A stretch of 64,000 bases of DNA, from the NCBI GenBank assembly GCA_965222515.1, contig CBDCUE010000021.1, forward strand, positions 85,871 to 149,870, written 5' to 3'. The notes beneath the pieces were generated by a model that saw nothing but the letters and a program-made list of their open reading frames with translations, had not been told where the DNA came from and did not search any database. This stretch comes from Rickettsiales bacterium (GTDB lineage Bacteria; Pseudomonadota; Alphaproteobacteria; Rickettsiales; JABIRX01). Positions 9,713-19,838 of this stretch are shown piece by piece. The translations under genes were made by a program, and so were the position numbers. Position 1 is the stretch's first letter, and every line of letters begins with the position of its first letter.

Positions 9713-10618
9713 CTAGCTGTGTAACTTCTTTTTTTCTTTATGATTTAATTTATAACCAATATTAAATAGAAAAATATCTAAATCTTGAGAAATACTATAT
9801 TCTCTTTTAAAGGAATTCTGCTCAACATCATATTTATATTCTAAATTTCGCAGATTATAATATTTAATAGCAAAAATTAATTGGGATTTGTTTTTTAAAG
9901 TATATAAAAACCCTAATTGCAGTTTATTTAAAGGCACAATATCAGATTCTCCTCTTGCTGGCTTAAATACAGACACACCATATCCTGCTCCTATGTAAGG
10001 AATAATCTTTCTCTTTCTTGAAGCAAGATGAAAATATATATTAAATGAAAGAGAACTTATATTAATTTCACTACCTATATTTCCATTAAGCTCTCCGTTA
10101 ATATCATCATTCTGCACAGGTCCATCTTCTGTATAAGAACCATCACCAACAGGATCGCTATTAGATACCGTTAAAGAATTTTTAGAGATACTAGCAAACT
10201 CCAACCTGTCAAGAGATAGAGCCACATCATAACGAAAAAAATTATGTTGCTGACCAAATGACATATCCAAACCTAAATTACCTTTAAAATCTATCTCACC
10301 TTGATAATTAATATTATTTTCAGTTCCTAAACTAGGATAAAACACCTTATTAGAAGAAAATCCTCTACTTTTATCTGTGATAAGATGTTCTATTCCAAGA
10401 GTAAAATAAAGATTTTTAGTTTCTTCAGACTTTTTATGCCATTCTGCAGAATGTTCTCCCGTATATTGACTATAATTAGGGATTTGAATATGCTTTCTTT
10501 TTCTTAATTCTTTACCAAATTGTCTAATTGGCGGGATAGTTTCTATAATATATTTATCTTTAGCAAAAGCAGGAAGACAAAACAAAATAGCAAATAATAA
10601 AACTATATTCAAATTCAT
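9713..10618 (-). CDS. putative outer-membrane beta-barrel protein
   Basis: Signal peptide MNLNIVLLFAILFCLPAFA. Alternating hydrophobic beta-strand pattern with aromatic-rich C-terminal strands. No specific family recognised. Confidence 0.45.
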   Translation of the reverse strand: MNLNIVLLFAILFCLPAFAKDKYIIETIPPIRQFGKELRKRKHIQIPNYSQYTGEHSAEWHKKSEETKNLYFTLGIEHLITDKSRGFSSNKVFYPSLGTENNINYQGEIDFKGNLGLDMSFGQQHNFFRYDVALSLDRLEFASISKNSLTVSNSDPVGDGSYTEDGPVQNDDINGELNGNIGSEINISSLSFNIYFHLASRKRKIIPYIGAGYGVSVFKPARGESDIVPLNKLQLGFLYTLKNKSQLIFAIKYYNLRNLEYKYDVEQNSFKREYSISQDLDIFLFNIGYKLNHKEKKKLHS

Positions 10619-10619
10619 T

Positions 10620-11600
10620 TTATAACATTTTTAAAACTTCTCTTTTCATTTGCTCTAAATTTCTTTTAGCCAAAGAAGATATTGCTAATATATTATTATT
10701 ATTTGTTTTCTTCTGCAAATCAATTATTTTTTTACTCAGCTCTTCTTCATCTATTAAATCTATTTTATTCAAAATAAGCAATTCTTTTTTTGTAGTCAAT
10801 ATAGAACTATAATTTTGCAATTCTTTTCTAATAATTTGATAATCTTGGTATAAATCTTTTGAGCTAACATCTATTAAATGAATCAAAGCCTTGCATCTTT
10901 CTATATGTTTTAAAAATCTATACCCTAATCCTACCCCCTCGCTTGCTCCTTTAATTAACCCTGGTATATCTGCTATAACAAAATCTTTATCATCCACAAA
11001 TACCACTCCTAATTTTGGCTTTAAAGTTGTAAATGGGTAATTTGCAATTTTTGGTTTTGCATGAGAGATACTGCTAAGTAATGTAGATTTACCAGCATTA
11101 GGAAAACCAATCACTCCAACATCAGAAATGATTTTTAATTGCAATTCTATGTTTAATTCTTTGCCCTGCTCTCCTTTTTGTGCTGTTTTCGGCGATTGAT
11201 TTCTTGAATTTTTAAAAGCTGTGTTACCAGCTCCACCCTTGCCCCCTTCCAGCAAAATAATTTGATCACCAGCATTATCCAAATCAGCAATTACTTTTTT
11301 AGTATCAGTCAATATTTGAGTTCCAACTGGAACTTCTAAAATAACATCTTTACCTGCCTTACCAAAACGATTTTTTCCTTTTCCTCCTTCACCATTATCT
11401 GCTTTATGATGTTTTCTATAATAAAAATCTACCAAAGTATTTTTACTAGAAATAGCCTTAAAAATAACATCTCCTCCCTTACCGCCATTACCACCATCTG
11501 GCCCTCCTTTAGGAACATTCGCCTCTCTTCTAAAGCTAGCACAACCATTACCGCCATTGCCACTTTTTATATAAATTTTTGCTTCATCTATGAATCTCAT
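10620..11600 (-). CDS. obg: GTPase Obg/CgtA
   Basis: Gly-rich Obg fold (GNGGNGCASFRREANVPKGGPDGGNGGKGG) and G1 GFPNAGKST. Confidence 0.95.
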   Translation of the reverse strand: MRFIDEAKIYIKSGNGGNGCASFRREANVPKGGPDGGNGGKGGDVIFKAISSKNTLVDFYYRKHHKADNGEGGKGKNRFGKAGKDVILEVPVGTQILTDTKKVIADLDNAGDQIILLEGGKGGAGNTAFKNSRNQSPKTAQKGEQGKELNIELQLKIISDVGVIGFPNAGKSTLLSSISHAKPKIANYPFTTLKPKLGVVFVDDKDFVIADIPGLIKGASEGVGLGYRFLKHIERCKALIHLIDVSSKDLYQDYQIIRKELQNYSSILTTKKELLILNKIDLIDEEELSKKIIDLQKKTNNNNILAISSLAKRNLEQMKREVLKML

Positions 11601-12532
11601 TGTTTTATAATCATTTTTAGTTCTTTATATATTTCTTGCCAAGACATTTCAATCTCTGGACATTTATTAATTATATTATTTATTGCATTATCATACAGAT
11701 CTATTTGGTATATTTTTTCTTCTTTCTTTTTTTCTAATTTAATTTTATTTTTTATAATTTTTATTAACCTCTTATCTTTTTTACCTTCAGCTAATTTTTG
11801 AGCTTTTAATTTTTTTATATATTCTAATTCAAAAATAGTTTCGTCTATATAAAAACCAAAATCCTCTTCTTTTAAGTCTACAATGCTACTTTCAGGAGTT
11901 GGAAAATTATAACATAACTGCCCTTCTATTCTCTGATTTACAAATGGTTTTAAAGTAGAAAAATATTTTAAATTTTCTAATGAAAAAATTTGATTAACTA
12001 AATCAATCATCAGAATTAATGTTATATGATTATTATAAGCACTCTCTTTATAAAGTTGTTCCACATTTCCTTTCTTTATAGTAAATACTTTTTTTGCTGA
12101 TGTTTTTAATTCAAGACAAAATTTTTTACCGTTATTTAAAGTAATAATAAAGTCTGGTTGAACTGATTTGATACCTTCTACAATAATTTTTTTTTCTTCA
12201 CCATTATAAATAAATTTGTGAGAGCTGTCTCCACCTAAAAGCTTTATATTACTAATATTCTTATTAAGTTTTAAATATTCCAAAAACAACTCTTCTATAA
12301 ACCAACCCCATATAATATTTCTTCCCCATTTTATTTCTCCTCTACCTAATGTTCCTCCTTTTATTTTAAATTCTAAACTTTCATATTTTACAAATTCTTC
12401 ATATATATTCTGAATATCATTTTTTACTTTTATAAAAATTTCTCTCTTTAATTTATAAATAAAGATTTTTTCATATAAATTAGCAATTTGTTGAAAATCC
12501 ATTTCATCTAACCTTGGTAACAATATATTCAT
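11597..12532 (-). CDS. putative type II restriction endonuclease (PD-(D/E)XK fold)
   Basis: Candidate catalytic motif VQPDFIITLNNGKKFCLELKTS (PD...E-L-K). ATGA overlaps with both the upstream C5-methyltransferase and downstream obg. No other family match recognisable by eye. Confidence 0.5.
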   Translation of the reverse strand: MNILLPRLDEMDFQQIANLYEKIFIYKLKREIFIKVKNDIQNIYEEFVKYESLEFKIKGGTLGRGEIKWGRNIIWGWFIEELFLEYLKLNKNISNIKLLGGDSSHKFIYNGEEKKIIVEGIKSVQPDFIITLNNGKKFCLELKTSAKKVFTIKKGNVEQLYKESAYNNHITLILMIDLVNQIFSLENLKYFSTLKPFVNQRIEGQLCYNFPTPESSIVDLKEEDFGFYIDETIFELEYIKKLKAQKLAEGKKDKRLIKIIKNKIKLEKKKEEKIYQIDLYDNAINNIINKCPEIEMSWQEIYKELKMIIKQ

Positions 12533-13560
12533 ACTAAGTTTTCTGTTAATTTTCTAATAAATTTTGGTGGTACACCTTCACCTATCACTTCTCTTATTAA
12601 ATTCTCTGTTGCCCATAAGGGAACATTCCAATCTTTTGGCAAAGAAGATAAAATAAAAATTTCAAGCAAAGTCAAGACTCTTGCATCAGAATATATTCCT
12701 ACCTCCTTCTTCCTACCTGGATGAACATTGTTTTGAGAAGATATAGCACCGTTACACATAGTGATGGTAGGAGATGGTTTATCCCACTCTATCCTTTTAT
12801 AGGTTGTACTATACCCTTTTATTTTTCTACCATCTTTTTGTGGAAAATATATTTCATTATCAAGAGCTGTATTTCCTGTTTTTGTATGTCTCATCCATAA
12901 AATATGATTATCATTATGTTTCTTTGCATAATGCCATTTTATTTCTGACTTTTCTTCACTTTCTAAGCTAGGTAAGTGAGATATTACCTCTCTTACTGTT
13001 ATATGTTCTGATTTTTTTGGAAATTCCCATTTTTTTTCCTTAGAAAGCAATATAATAACCCTTTTTCTTGTTTGAGGAACTTGATAATCAGCTGTATCTA
13101 ACACATCATAATTTATATAATATTCTGATAATTCTTTTTTTATATAATCTATAATTTTTATTTTTTGATTATTAACAATAATATATGTTTTAAGCATTGC
13201 AGGAACATTTTCTATCAAAAAATATTTGGGCTGTAATTTTTTGGCAAATTTCACTGCATAAACAATTAAATTATTTCTTGGATCATCTTCTTTCATTTTT
13301 CCAGCTACTGACATTCCTTGACAAGGTGGGGTAGCCATTAAAAAATGGCACTCTTCTCTTATTGCTTCATCTAAAAGAGATTGAAATAAAAAATTATCTA
13401 CAATAGATCCAATAAACATTTTAGTATTGGGGTACAAATCTTTATAAAACTTTCCTCTTTTCTCTATTAATTCATTTGCTAAAATAATATCTATATTATT
13501 ATCTTTCAAATATGTTTCTGCTACTCCAACATTAGCAAATAATGAAACTCCTTTTAACAT
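12529..13560 (-). CDS. DNA (cytosine-5)-methyltransferase
   Basis: Motif I LFANVGVAE, motif IV TPPCQGMS, motif VI LIENVPAM, motif VIII QTRKRVIIL, motif X GEGVPP. The track ORF extends to 13602, but the ATG at 13560 (MLKGVSLFANVG) avoids a 38-nt overlap with der. Confidence 0.9.
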   Translation of the reverse strand: MLKGVSLFANVGVAETYLKDNNIDIILANELIEKRGKFYKDLYPNTKMFIGSIVDNFLFQSLLDEAIREECHFLMATPPCQGMSVAGKMKEDDPRNNLIVYAVKFAKKLQPKYFLIENVPAMLKTYIIVNNQKIKIIDYIKKELSEYYINYDVLDTADYQVPQTRKRVIILLSKEKKWEFPKKSEHITVREVISHLPSLESEEKSEIKWHYAKKHNDNHILWMRHTKTGNTALDNEIYFPQKDGRKIKGYSTTYKRIEWDKPSPTITMCNGAISSQNNVHPGRKKEVGIYSDARVLTLLEIFILSSLPKDWNVPLWATENLIREVIGEGVPPKFIRKLTENLV

Positions 13561-13564
13561 AATT

Positions 13565-14944
13565 TTATTTCTTCTCCGTTTTAAACTCTCTTCCCTTAGC
13601 AAAAGGGTTTTTTTGTCTTTTGAAAATAAACCTTGGGATTACTCCTTTCAAGTGAAAAGATTCATTAATAGAATTTTTTAAATATCTAATGTAAGAGTCA
13701 GGTATTTTTTCTGGATAATTTGTCATTATTACAAAAGTCGGTGGTCTTGTGCTTATTTGAGTTATATATTTTAATTTTATATCTTTTCCTCTATATAATG
13801 GCAATCTATGTTCTCTATTGGTCCATTCCAGCCATTTATTTAACTCTCTCGTGTTAATTCTAACATTCCAATTTTCATAAACATCCAAGCTAGAATCTAT
13901 TACTGGCCAAATATTTTTTTTATTTTTAGCAGAAACTGTCCAGATTTTTAATTCTTTATTTTGTGGCACATATTTTCCAATTTGATATTCCACCTCCTCA
14001 ACAGCTTTTTTTAATTCATCCCTAGTCAATAAATCTGTTTTGTTAAGCACCACAATCAAGCCCCTACCCTCTCTAATAATTTCTGATGCTATATGAACAT
14101 CTTGTTTTTCTAATTTCTTTTGAGAAGCATCCAATAATAAAATACAAATTTGAGCAAATCTAATTGCCTTAAAAGAAGAAGCATAAGATAATTCTTCTAA
14201 TTTATGACTAATTTTACTTCTTTTTCTAATTCCTGCAGTATCTACCAAAGTAATATCTTTTCCTTTATATTTCCATTTAATTTCAATGGCATCTCTAGTA
14301 GTACCGCTTTGATCACAAGTAACCAATCTTTCATTATCTAAAAATGCATTAATTAAAGTAGATTTTCCAACATTAGGCTTTCCTACAATAGTTATTTTTA
14401 TACTCTTATCATCCTTACTGCTCTCTTCTAATTCCTGATAATCTTTTTGATATATTTGATAATATTTATCAATTTTCTCAAACAAAATTTCATATCCTAA
14501 TTTATGTTCTGCTGATAAAAACACCATATCTTTAAAACCTAATTTTTTTGCATTCTCTTCTGTTATATTTTTCTTTTTTACTTCTGCTTTATTTACTAAC
14601 AAAACAATATCTTTATTTTGCTTTCTTAAATATGAAATAAATTCTAAATCATCAAATAAAACACCACTTTTACTATCTATCACCAATAACAACAAATCAG
14701 CCTCTGCCACCGCATATGAAATTTGTCTTTCAATTCCTTTAGCCAGAATTTTCTCACTACTTTTCTCAAAACCAGCCGTATCAACCAATCTCATTTTCAT
14801 ATCCATAAATTCAACAACCTCCTCCTTTCTATCAATCGTAACACCAGCAATATCATAAGCCAAAGCAGATTTTTGCTTTACCAAAGAATTAAAAATAGTA
14901 GATTTTCCAACATTAGGCTTCCCAACAATAGCTAACGTAAACAT
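13565..14944 (-). CDS. der: ribosome-associated GTPase Der/EngA
   Basis: Two tandem G domains (GKPNVGKSTIFN and GKPNVGKSTLIN) plus a KH-like C-terminus. The likely start is the ATG at 14944 (MFTLAIVGKPNVGKS) rather than the track start at 15007. Confidence 0.9.
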   Translation of the reverse strand: MFTLAIVGKPNVGKSTIFNSLVKQKSALAYDIAGVTIDRKEEVVEFMDMKMRLVDTAGFEKSSEKILAKGIERQISYAVAEADLLLLVIDSKSGVLFDDLEFISYLRKQNKDIVLLVNKAEVKKKNITEENAKKLGFKDMVFLSAEHKLGYEILFEKIDKYYQIYQKDYQELEESSKDDKSIKITIVGKPNVGKSTLINAFLDNERLVTCDQSGTTRDAIEIKWKYKGKDITLVDTAGIRKRSKISHKLEELSYASSFKAIRFAQICILLLDASQKKLEKQDVHIASEIIREGRGLIVVLNKTDLLTRDELKKAVEEVEYQIGKYVPQNKELKIWTVSAKNKKNIWPVIDSSLDVYENWNVRINTRELNKWLEWTNREHRLPLYRGKDIKLKYITQISTRPPTFVIMTNYPEKIPDSYIRYLKNSINESFHLKGVIPRFIFKRQKNPFAKGREFKTEKK

Positions 14945-15231
14945 ATATTTTTTATTTTTTAAAGTTAAGATTGTTATGTGCAGTTTTGCAATCTTTTTAA
15001 CATCCACACAGCTTGTTTTTTGTTTTTTATATCATAACAGAAACTATTAATAATATCTACAATATATACTATTCTTACCATTAAATCAATTATATTTTTG
15101 CCTTCATATAAACTATGATTCTAGATAAAAAAGCTCGGTGTTATTTTTACAAAGATATTTTGCTTGAATAATTAATAATTTCATAATAATTTGAAATTAT
15201 ATTTTTTATTTAATCAAACCACAAAATTGCT

Positions 15232-16908
15232 ATGAAACTCAACAAGGTAACAACCCTTAGTGCTATACCTGATTTTTTAGAAAAACAAACAAACAATCCA
15301 AACTATCTTAATATTTTAGATGAAAAACAAGAATGGCAAACTATCTCTACTTTAGATTTTGCTACAAAAATAAAAATTCTTGCTTCTCATCTATCCAAAA
15401 TAGGTATTAAAAAAAATTTGAGAGTGGCAATATTTGCTCCTTCTTCTACAAACTGGCTATTGTTTGATTTAGCTTGCCAATATGTGGGGGCAATCACAGT
15501 GCCAATGTTTACCAACATATCTCAAGATAATCTTAAATTTCAATTAAAAGATTCCAAAGTAGAATATGCTTTTGTTTCATCCACAGATAATTGGAAAATT
15601 ATTGAGCAATATCAAGCAAAATTCAAAAAAATTATTATAGACAAAATTAACACAACTAACAAAAAAGTTATAGAACTAAACAGTTTATTAACTAAAATAA
15701 AAATAATTGAAAAAATAAAAATTGATAAAAATGATATCGCCACAATTATTTATACCAGCGGTAGTACAGGAACTCCTAAAGGAGTGGTTTTAAGTAATGA
15801 CAATTTAATTTCACAAATCATCTCTGCTCACAAAACATTTCCTCTAAAAACAAAAGACAAAACTCTTAGCTTTTTGCCTTTAGCTCATATTTTTGAAAGA
15901 ATGATAATATATTTTTACCTAACCTCAAATATATCCATTTATTTCGCAGATAATATTGATAATGTGGTAAATTTATTACAAAAAGTAAAACCTACAATTT
16001 TTACTTCTGTGCCAAGATTACTAGAAAAAATCTATTCAGCAATTTTAACTAAAACAGACGAGGCCACAGGAATTAAAAAATTTATTGCTAAATTTGCAAT
16101 TAATTCTGCTCTAAAAATACCATATCTTTTAAGAAAACTATTTTTCTTAGATTGTATTTTTTCCTTTTTAGTTTATCGCAAATTTCTTGCAGCTACAGGA
16201 GGCAAAATTAAAAATCTAATAGTTGGAGGTGGAGCAACTGATAAAGAAATATGTAAATTTTTTACTAATATTGGCTTGCCAATCTATCAAGGATACGGCT
16301 TAACCGAGACTTCTCCTGTAATTTCTACAAATTGTGCCAAAAATAACAAAATAGGTTCTGTAGGAAAACCCTTTCCAAATATCTCAGTAAAAATATCAAA
16401 AGATAATGAAATTTTAGCAAAAGGAAAAAATGTTATGATTGGTTATCTTAACAAACCAGTAGAAACTAGCAAAACCATTAAAAACGGTTATTTAGCAACA
16501 GGAGATAGAGGCTATATTGACGAAGACGGGTTTTTATTTATCACTGGTAGAATTAAAGAATTAGAAAAAACCTCTAATGGAAAATATGTTGCAGTAAATA
16601 ACATAGAATTAATTTTAAAAAAAATAACTTATATTGATAATGCTGTGGTGATTGCAAATAATAGAACTTTCACTAGTGCTATTATTTTTACCGAGAAGAA
16701 AAATCTCTCACAAGAAAAAATTCAGCAAGATATTGATAAAATAAACAAAAAATTAGATCACTGGGAGCAAATAAAGAAATTTATTATTAGCAATAATTGC
16801 CCAAATATTGATAATGAAGAATTGACTCCTGCATTAAAAATCAGAAGAGATATTATTTTAAAAAATTACAAAAGTAATATAAATAAATTATATAAGAAGA
16901 ATGGATGA
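15232..16908 (+). CDS. AMP-dependent long-chain acyl-CoA synthetase/ligase
   Basis: AMP-binding signature YTSGSTGTPKGV, then GYGLTETS and ATGDRGYIDEDGF. Confidence 0.85.
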   Translation: MKLNKVTTLSAIPDFLEKQTNNPNYLNILDEKQEWQTISTLDFATKIKILASHLSKIGIKKNLRVAIFAPSSTNWLLFDLACQYVGAITVPMFTNISQDNLKFQLKDSKVEYAFVSSTDNWKIIEQYQAKFKKIIIDKINTTNKKVIELNSLLTKIKIIEKIKIDKNDIATIIYTSGSTGTPKGVVLSNDNLISQIISAHKTFPLKTKDKTLSFLPLAHIFERMIIYFYLTSNISIYFADNIDNVVNLLQKVKPTIFTSVPRLLEKIYSAILTKTDEATGIKKFIAKFAINSALKIPYLLRKLFFLDCIFSFLVYRKFLAATGGKIKNLIVGGGATDKEICKFFTNIGLPIYQGYGLTETSPVISTNCAKNNKIGSVGKPFPNISVKISKDNEILAKGKNVMIGYLNKPVETSKTIKNGYLATGDRGYIDEDGFLFITGRIKELEKTSNGKYVAVNNIELILKKITYIDNAVVIANNRTFTSAIIFTEKKNLSQEKIQQDIDKINKKLDHWEQIKKFIISNNCPNIDNEELTPALKIRRDIILKNYKSNINKLYKKNG

Positions 16909-18040
16909 AGCAGTTTTAATTAGCCAAGAATTAATCAAGAAGAAATCAATCACCCCAATAGATGATGGGGCCATTCCATATATTAAAAATTTTTTAGAAA
17001 ATATAGGATTCTTTTGTAAAATATTAAGATTTCAAGAAGAAGGGAGCGAAAAAATAATTAATCTTTATGCAAAATATGGTAATTCTCAGAAAAATCTTGC
17101 TTTTGCAGGTCATACAGATGTTGTTCCTACTGGCGATCTAGAAAAATGGCAATTCCCTCCTTTTTCAGCTACTATTAAAGATGATATTTTATATGGTAGA
17201 GGAACGGTTGATATGAAAGGAGGAATTGGCTCTTTTCTTGCTGCCACTGCTGAATTTCTACAAAAAAATGCAGATTTTCAAGATTCAATCAGTTTTATTA
17301 TCACTGGTGATGAAGAAGCTATTGCTATCAATGGCACAGTGAAAATGGTAGAATATTTACAAAAAAAGCAAGAAAGTATCTCTCATTGTATTGTAGGAGA
17401 GCCATCTAATCCACACAAAATGGGAGAGATGATAAAAGTTGGTAGAAGAGGAAGTATAAATTTTATAGTCAAGGCAATTGGCAAACAAGGTCATGCTGCT
17501 TATCCTCAAAATGCACTCAACCCTATTACCGAATTAATTAATACAAGTCAAAAATTAATTAATTATGAATTTGATCAAGGAAATGAATATTTTGATGCAA
17601 CTCATCTTGAAATAACTAGCTTTGATGTTGCAAACGAAACCACTAATATAATTCCACAAGAGGCAGTGGTGAAATTTAATATTAGGTTTAGCAGTGAATA
17701 TAATGGCAAAGAAATTTCTGAAGCAGTAAAGAAAATCTGTCAAGAAAATATTGGTAATTTTGAATTTAATTATACAATAAGTGGCGAGAGTTTTTATAAT
17801 CAAGATGCAGAATTTAGCAAATTAATTGCTCAATCTGTGCAAAACATCACTAATCTATCTCCAACATTAAGCACAGGAGGAGGAACTTCTGATGCTAGAT
17901 TTATCAAAAACATTTGTCCTTGCATAGAATTAGGTTTAATTAGTCAAACTGCTCATCAAATTGATGAAAATGTAGCAGTATCAGATATTATTACTTTAAA
18001 AAACATTTATTTAGATATTTTAAAAAATTATTTTAAGTAA
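16901..18040 (+). CDS. dapE: succinyl-diaminopimelate desuccinylase
   Basis: M20 peptidase motifs AGHTDVVP, GRGTVDMKG and ITGDEE. 379 aa. Confidence 0.85.
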   Translation: MDEAVLISQELIKKKSITPIDDGAIPYIKNFLENIGFFCKILRFQEEGSEKIINLYAKYGNSQKNLAFAGHTDVVPTGDLEKWQFPPFSATIKDDILYGRGTVDMKGGIGSFLAATAEFLQKNADFQDSISFIITGDEEAIAINGTVKMVEYLQKKQESISHCIVGEPSNPHKMGEMIKVGRRGSINFIVKAIGKQGHAAYPQNALNPITELINTSQKLINYEFDQGNEYFDATHLEITSFDVANETTNIIPQEAVVKFNIRFSSEYNGKEISEAVKKICQENIGNFEFNYTISGESFYNQDAEFSKLIAQSVQNITNLSPTLSTGGGTSDARFIKNICPCIELGLISQTAHQIDENVAVSDIITLKNIYLDILKNYFK

Positions 18041-18112
18041 ATAATTGTTTATATTTGCTTTTTATGTTACAATTTAACTAACGAGGGGATATTAATTTTA
18101 TTAAATAAGACT

Positions 18113-18316
18113 ATGAAAAAAGAAACAAAAAAAGACAATATGTCTAAAAAATGTTGTAAAAAAATGATGATTTACTGGATAATCAGTTTATTTATTGTTG
18201 GAATAGTGTTTTTTAAATTAGGATGTTATTTTAGCTTAAATTATGCAGAAAAACTCTACCCTGATATTAGAGAAGAGATGAAAATGCATTGGCAACAAGA
18301 AAAAAATAAAAAATAA
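18113..18316 (+). CDS. hypothetical small membrane protein
   Basis: 67 aa with one predicted TM helix (MMIYWIISLFIVGIVFF). No homology recognisable. Confidence 0.3.
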   Translation: MKKETKKDNMSKKCCKKMMIYWIISLFIVGIVFFKLGCYFSLNYAEKLYPDIREEMKMHWQQEKNKK

Positions 18317-18330
18317 GAAAGCCCTACCTA

Positions 18331-19089
18331 ATGAAACTAATTATAAAACATATAATAGTAACCGCATCAAGAGACTGGCTTTTTTTAAGTCTTTTTATAA
18401 TGCTATTAATTTGTCTTACTCTTTCTTTTTTTTTGGGAAATGTTGCTCTTTCTGAACAAGAGCATATGAAAATGGTTTTTTTGGCAGGAAGTAGTAGGAT
18501 ATTTTTAATTATAGGAGTTATTTTATTTATTTGTTTTTCTATAAAAAGATCTTTTGAAAATAAAGAAATAGATTTTATTATTTCTAGACCAATTAGTAGA
18601 GTTAGTTTTTTATTTTCTTATTTTATTGCATTCTCTTTGTTATGTTTAATACTAGTTTTGCCTTTACAGTTTTTTATTTATTTATTTTTTCAGCCTAATT
18701 TATTGGGTTTTTTAAGTTGGGGATTATCTTTGTTTTTAGAATTAGTTATTATTGCTAGTTTTGCAATTTTTAGTTCATTAATTCTAAAAACTGCTCTTGC
18801 TAGTGTGTTATCTTGTTTTGCTTTTTATTTTATTTCTAGAATTATGGGTTTTGCTGTATCTTCTATCATCATCCCTGCAAATTTTTCTAATGTGGATGGA
18901 ATTTTGGCAACTATTTTAAAATTATTATCTTCATTGTTACCTAGATTAGATTTATTTACTCAAAACAAGTGGTTAGTTTATGGCGATATAAATATTAGCA
19001 ACATTTATTTAATTGTTATTTATGCCGTTATTTATGTTGCCTTATTATTATTAATGTCAATTTTTGATTTTAAAAGGAAGCAGTTTTAA
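18331..19089 (+). CDS. polytopic membrane protein, ABC-2-type permease-like
   Basis: About six hydrophobic helices. The ENKEIDFIISRPISR motif resembles the E...l.s.P.sR motif of ABC-2 permeases. No adjacent ATPase. Confidence 0.45.
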   Translation: MKLIIKHIIVTASRDWLFLSLFIMLLICLTLSFFLGNVALSEQEHMKMVFLAGSSRIFLIIGVILFICFSIKRSFENKEIDFIISRPISRVSFLFSYFIAFSLLCLILVLPLQFFIYLFFQPNLLGFLSWGLSLFLELVIIASFAIFSSLILKTALASVLSCFAFYFISRIMGFAVSSIIIPANFSNVDGILATILKLLSSLLPRLDLFTQNKWLVYGDINISNIYLIVIYAVIYVALLLLMSIFDFKRKQF

Positions 19090-19838
19090 TGAAACACTTT
19101 GTAAGAGAAGATATTTTTATCAAAGTTTTTCTTATATTAATATTATTTGCACAAATTTTTATTTGGTCAAAAACTAATCATATCAAACCAGATATGATTA
19201 TTGTACCAAAAGTTATTAGCAAAAATACGGCAAAAATTATTTCTTTGGGAGATGAACAGTTTTATTTTAGATATTTAACTTTTAGATTACAAATCATAGG
19301 AGATAGTTGGGGTAGATGGACTGCTTTAAAGAAATATGACTATCAAGAACTAGCAAAATGGTTTTATTTGCTTGATCAATTTGATCATCAATCAAACTTT
19401 GTTCCATCTATTGCCAGCTATTACTATTCACAAACACAAAATAAAAAAGATAATATTTATATTGTTAATTATTTAGTCCATCATTCAGAAAAAGATTTAG
19501 CAAATAAATGGTGGTGGTTAACTCAAGCCGTTTATATTGCAAATCATAAATTAAACGACAAAAAACTAGCCTTAGAGATTGCTTATAAATTAAAAAATAT
19601 GCCCATGAAAATAAAAACTCCTTTATGGGTTAGACAAATGCCCGCTTTTTTACACGAGCAATTAGGCGAATATGATGCTGCTCAAAAAATTATTGTTGAG
19701 ATTCTAGAAAATTGGCAAAATTTTACTGAAGGTGAGTTAAATTTTATGGAATATTTTTTAAATGAAAGGTTAAAAAATCCTAATTTTTTTAAAGATGTAA
19801 AAGATTTAATAAAAAGTAGGAGAGCTAACTCTTTATAA
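19089..19838 (+). CDS. hypothetical protein with N-terminal membrane anchor
   Basis: 249 aa. Its start overlaps the stop of the preceding permease-like ORF (TAATG). No motif recognised. Confidence 0.4.
   Translation: MKHFVREDIFIKVFLILILFAQIFIWSKTNHIKPDMIIVPKVISKNTAKIISLGDEQFYFRYLTFRLQIIGDSWGRWTALKKYDYQELAKWFYLLDQFDHQSNFVPSIASYYYSQTQNKKDNIYIVNYLVHHSEKDLANKWWWLTQAVYIANHKLNDKKLALEIAYKLKNMPMKIKTPLWVRQMPAFLHEQLGEYDAAQKIIVEILENWQNFTEGELNFMEYFLNERLKNPNFFKDVKDLIKSRRANSL

Noticed and set aside
11406-11801. 131-aa plus-strand ORF spanning the obg / nuclease junction
   Set aside because: Antisense to two well-supported minus-strand genes. Its low-complexity Ile/Phe/Ser composition is typical of an AT-rich shadow frame.
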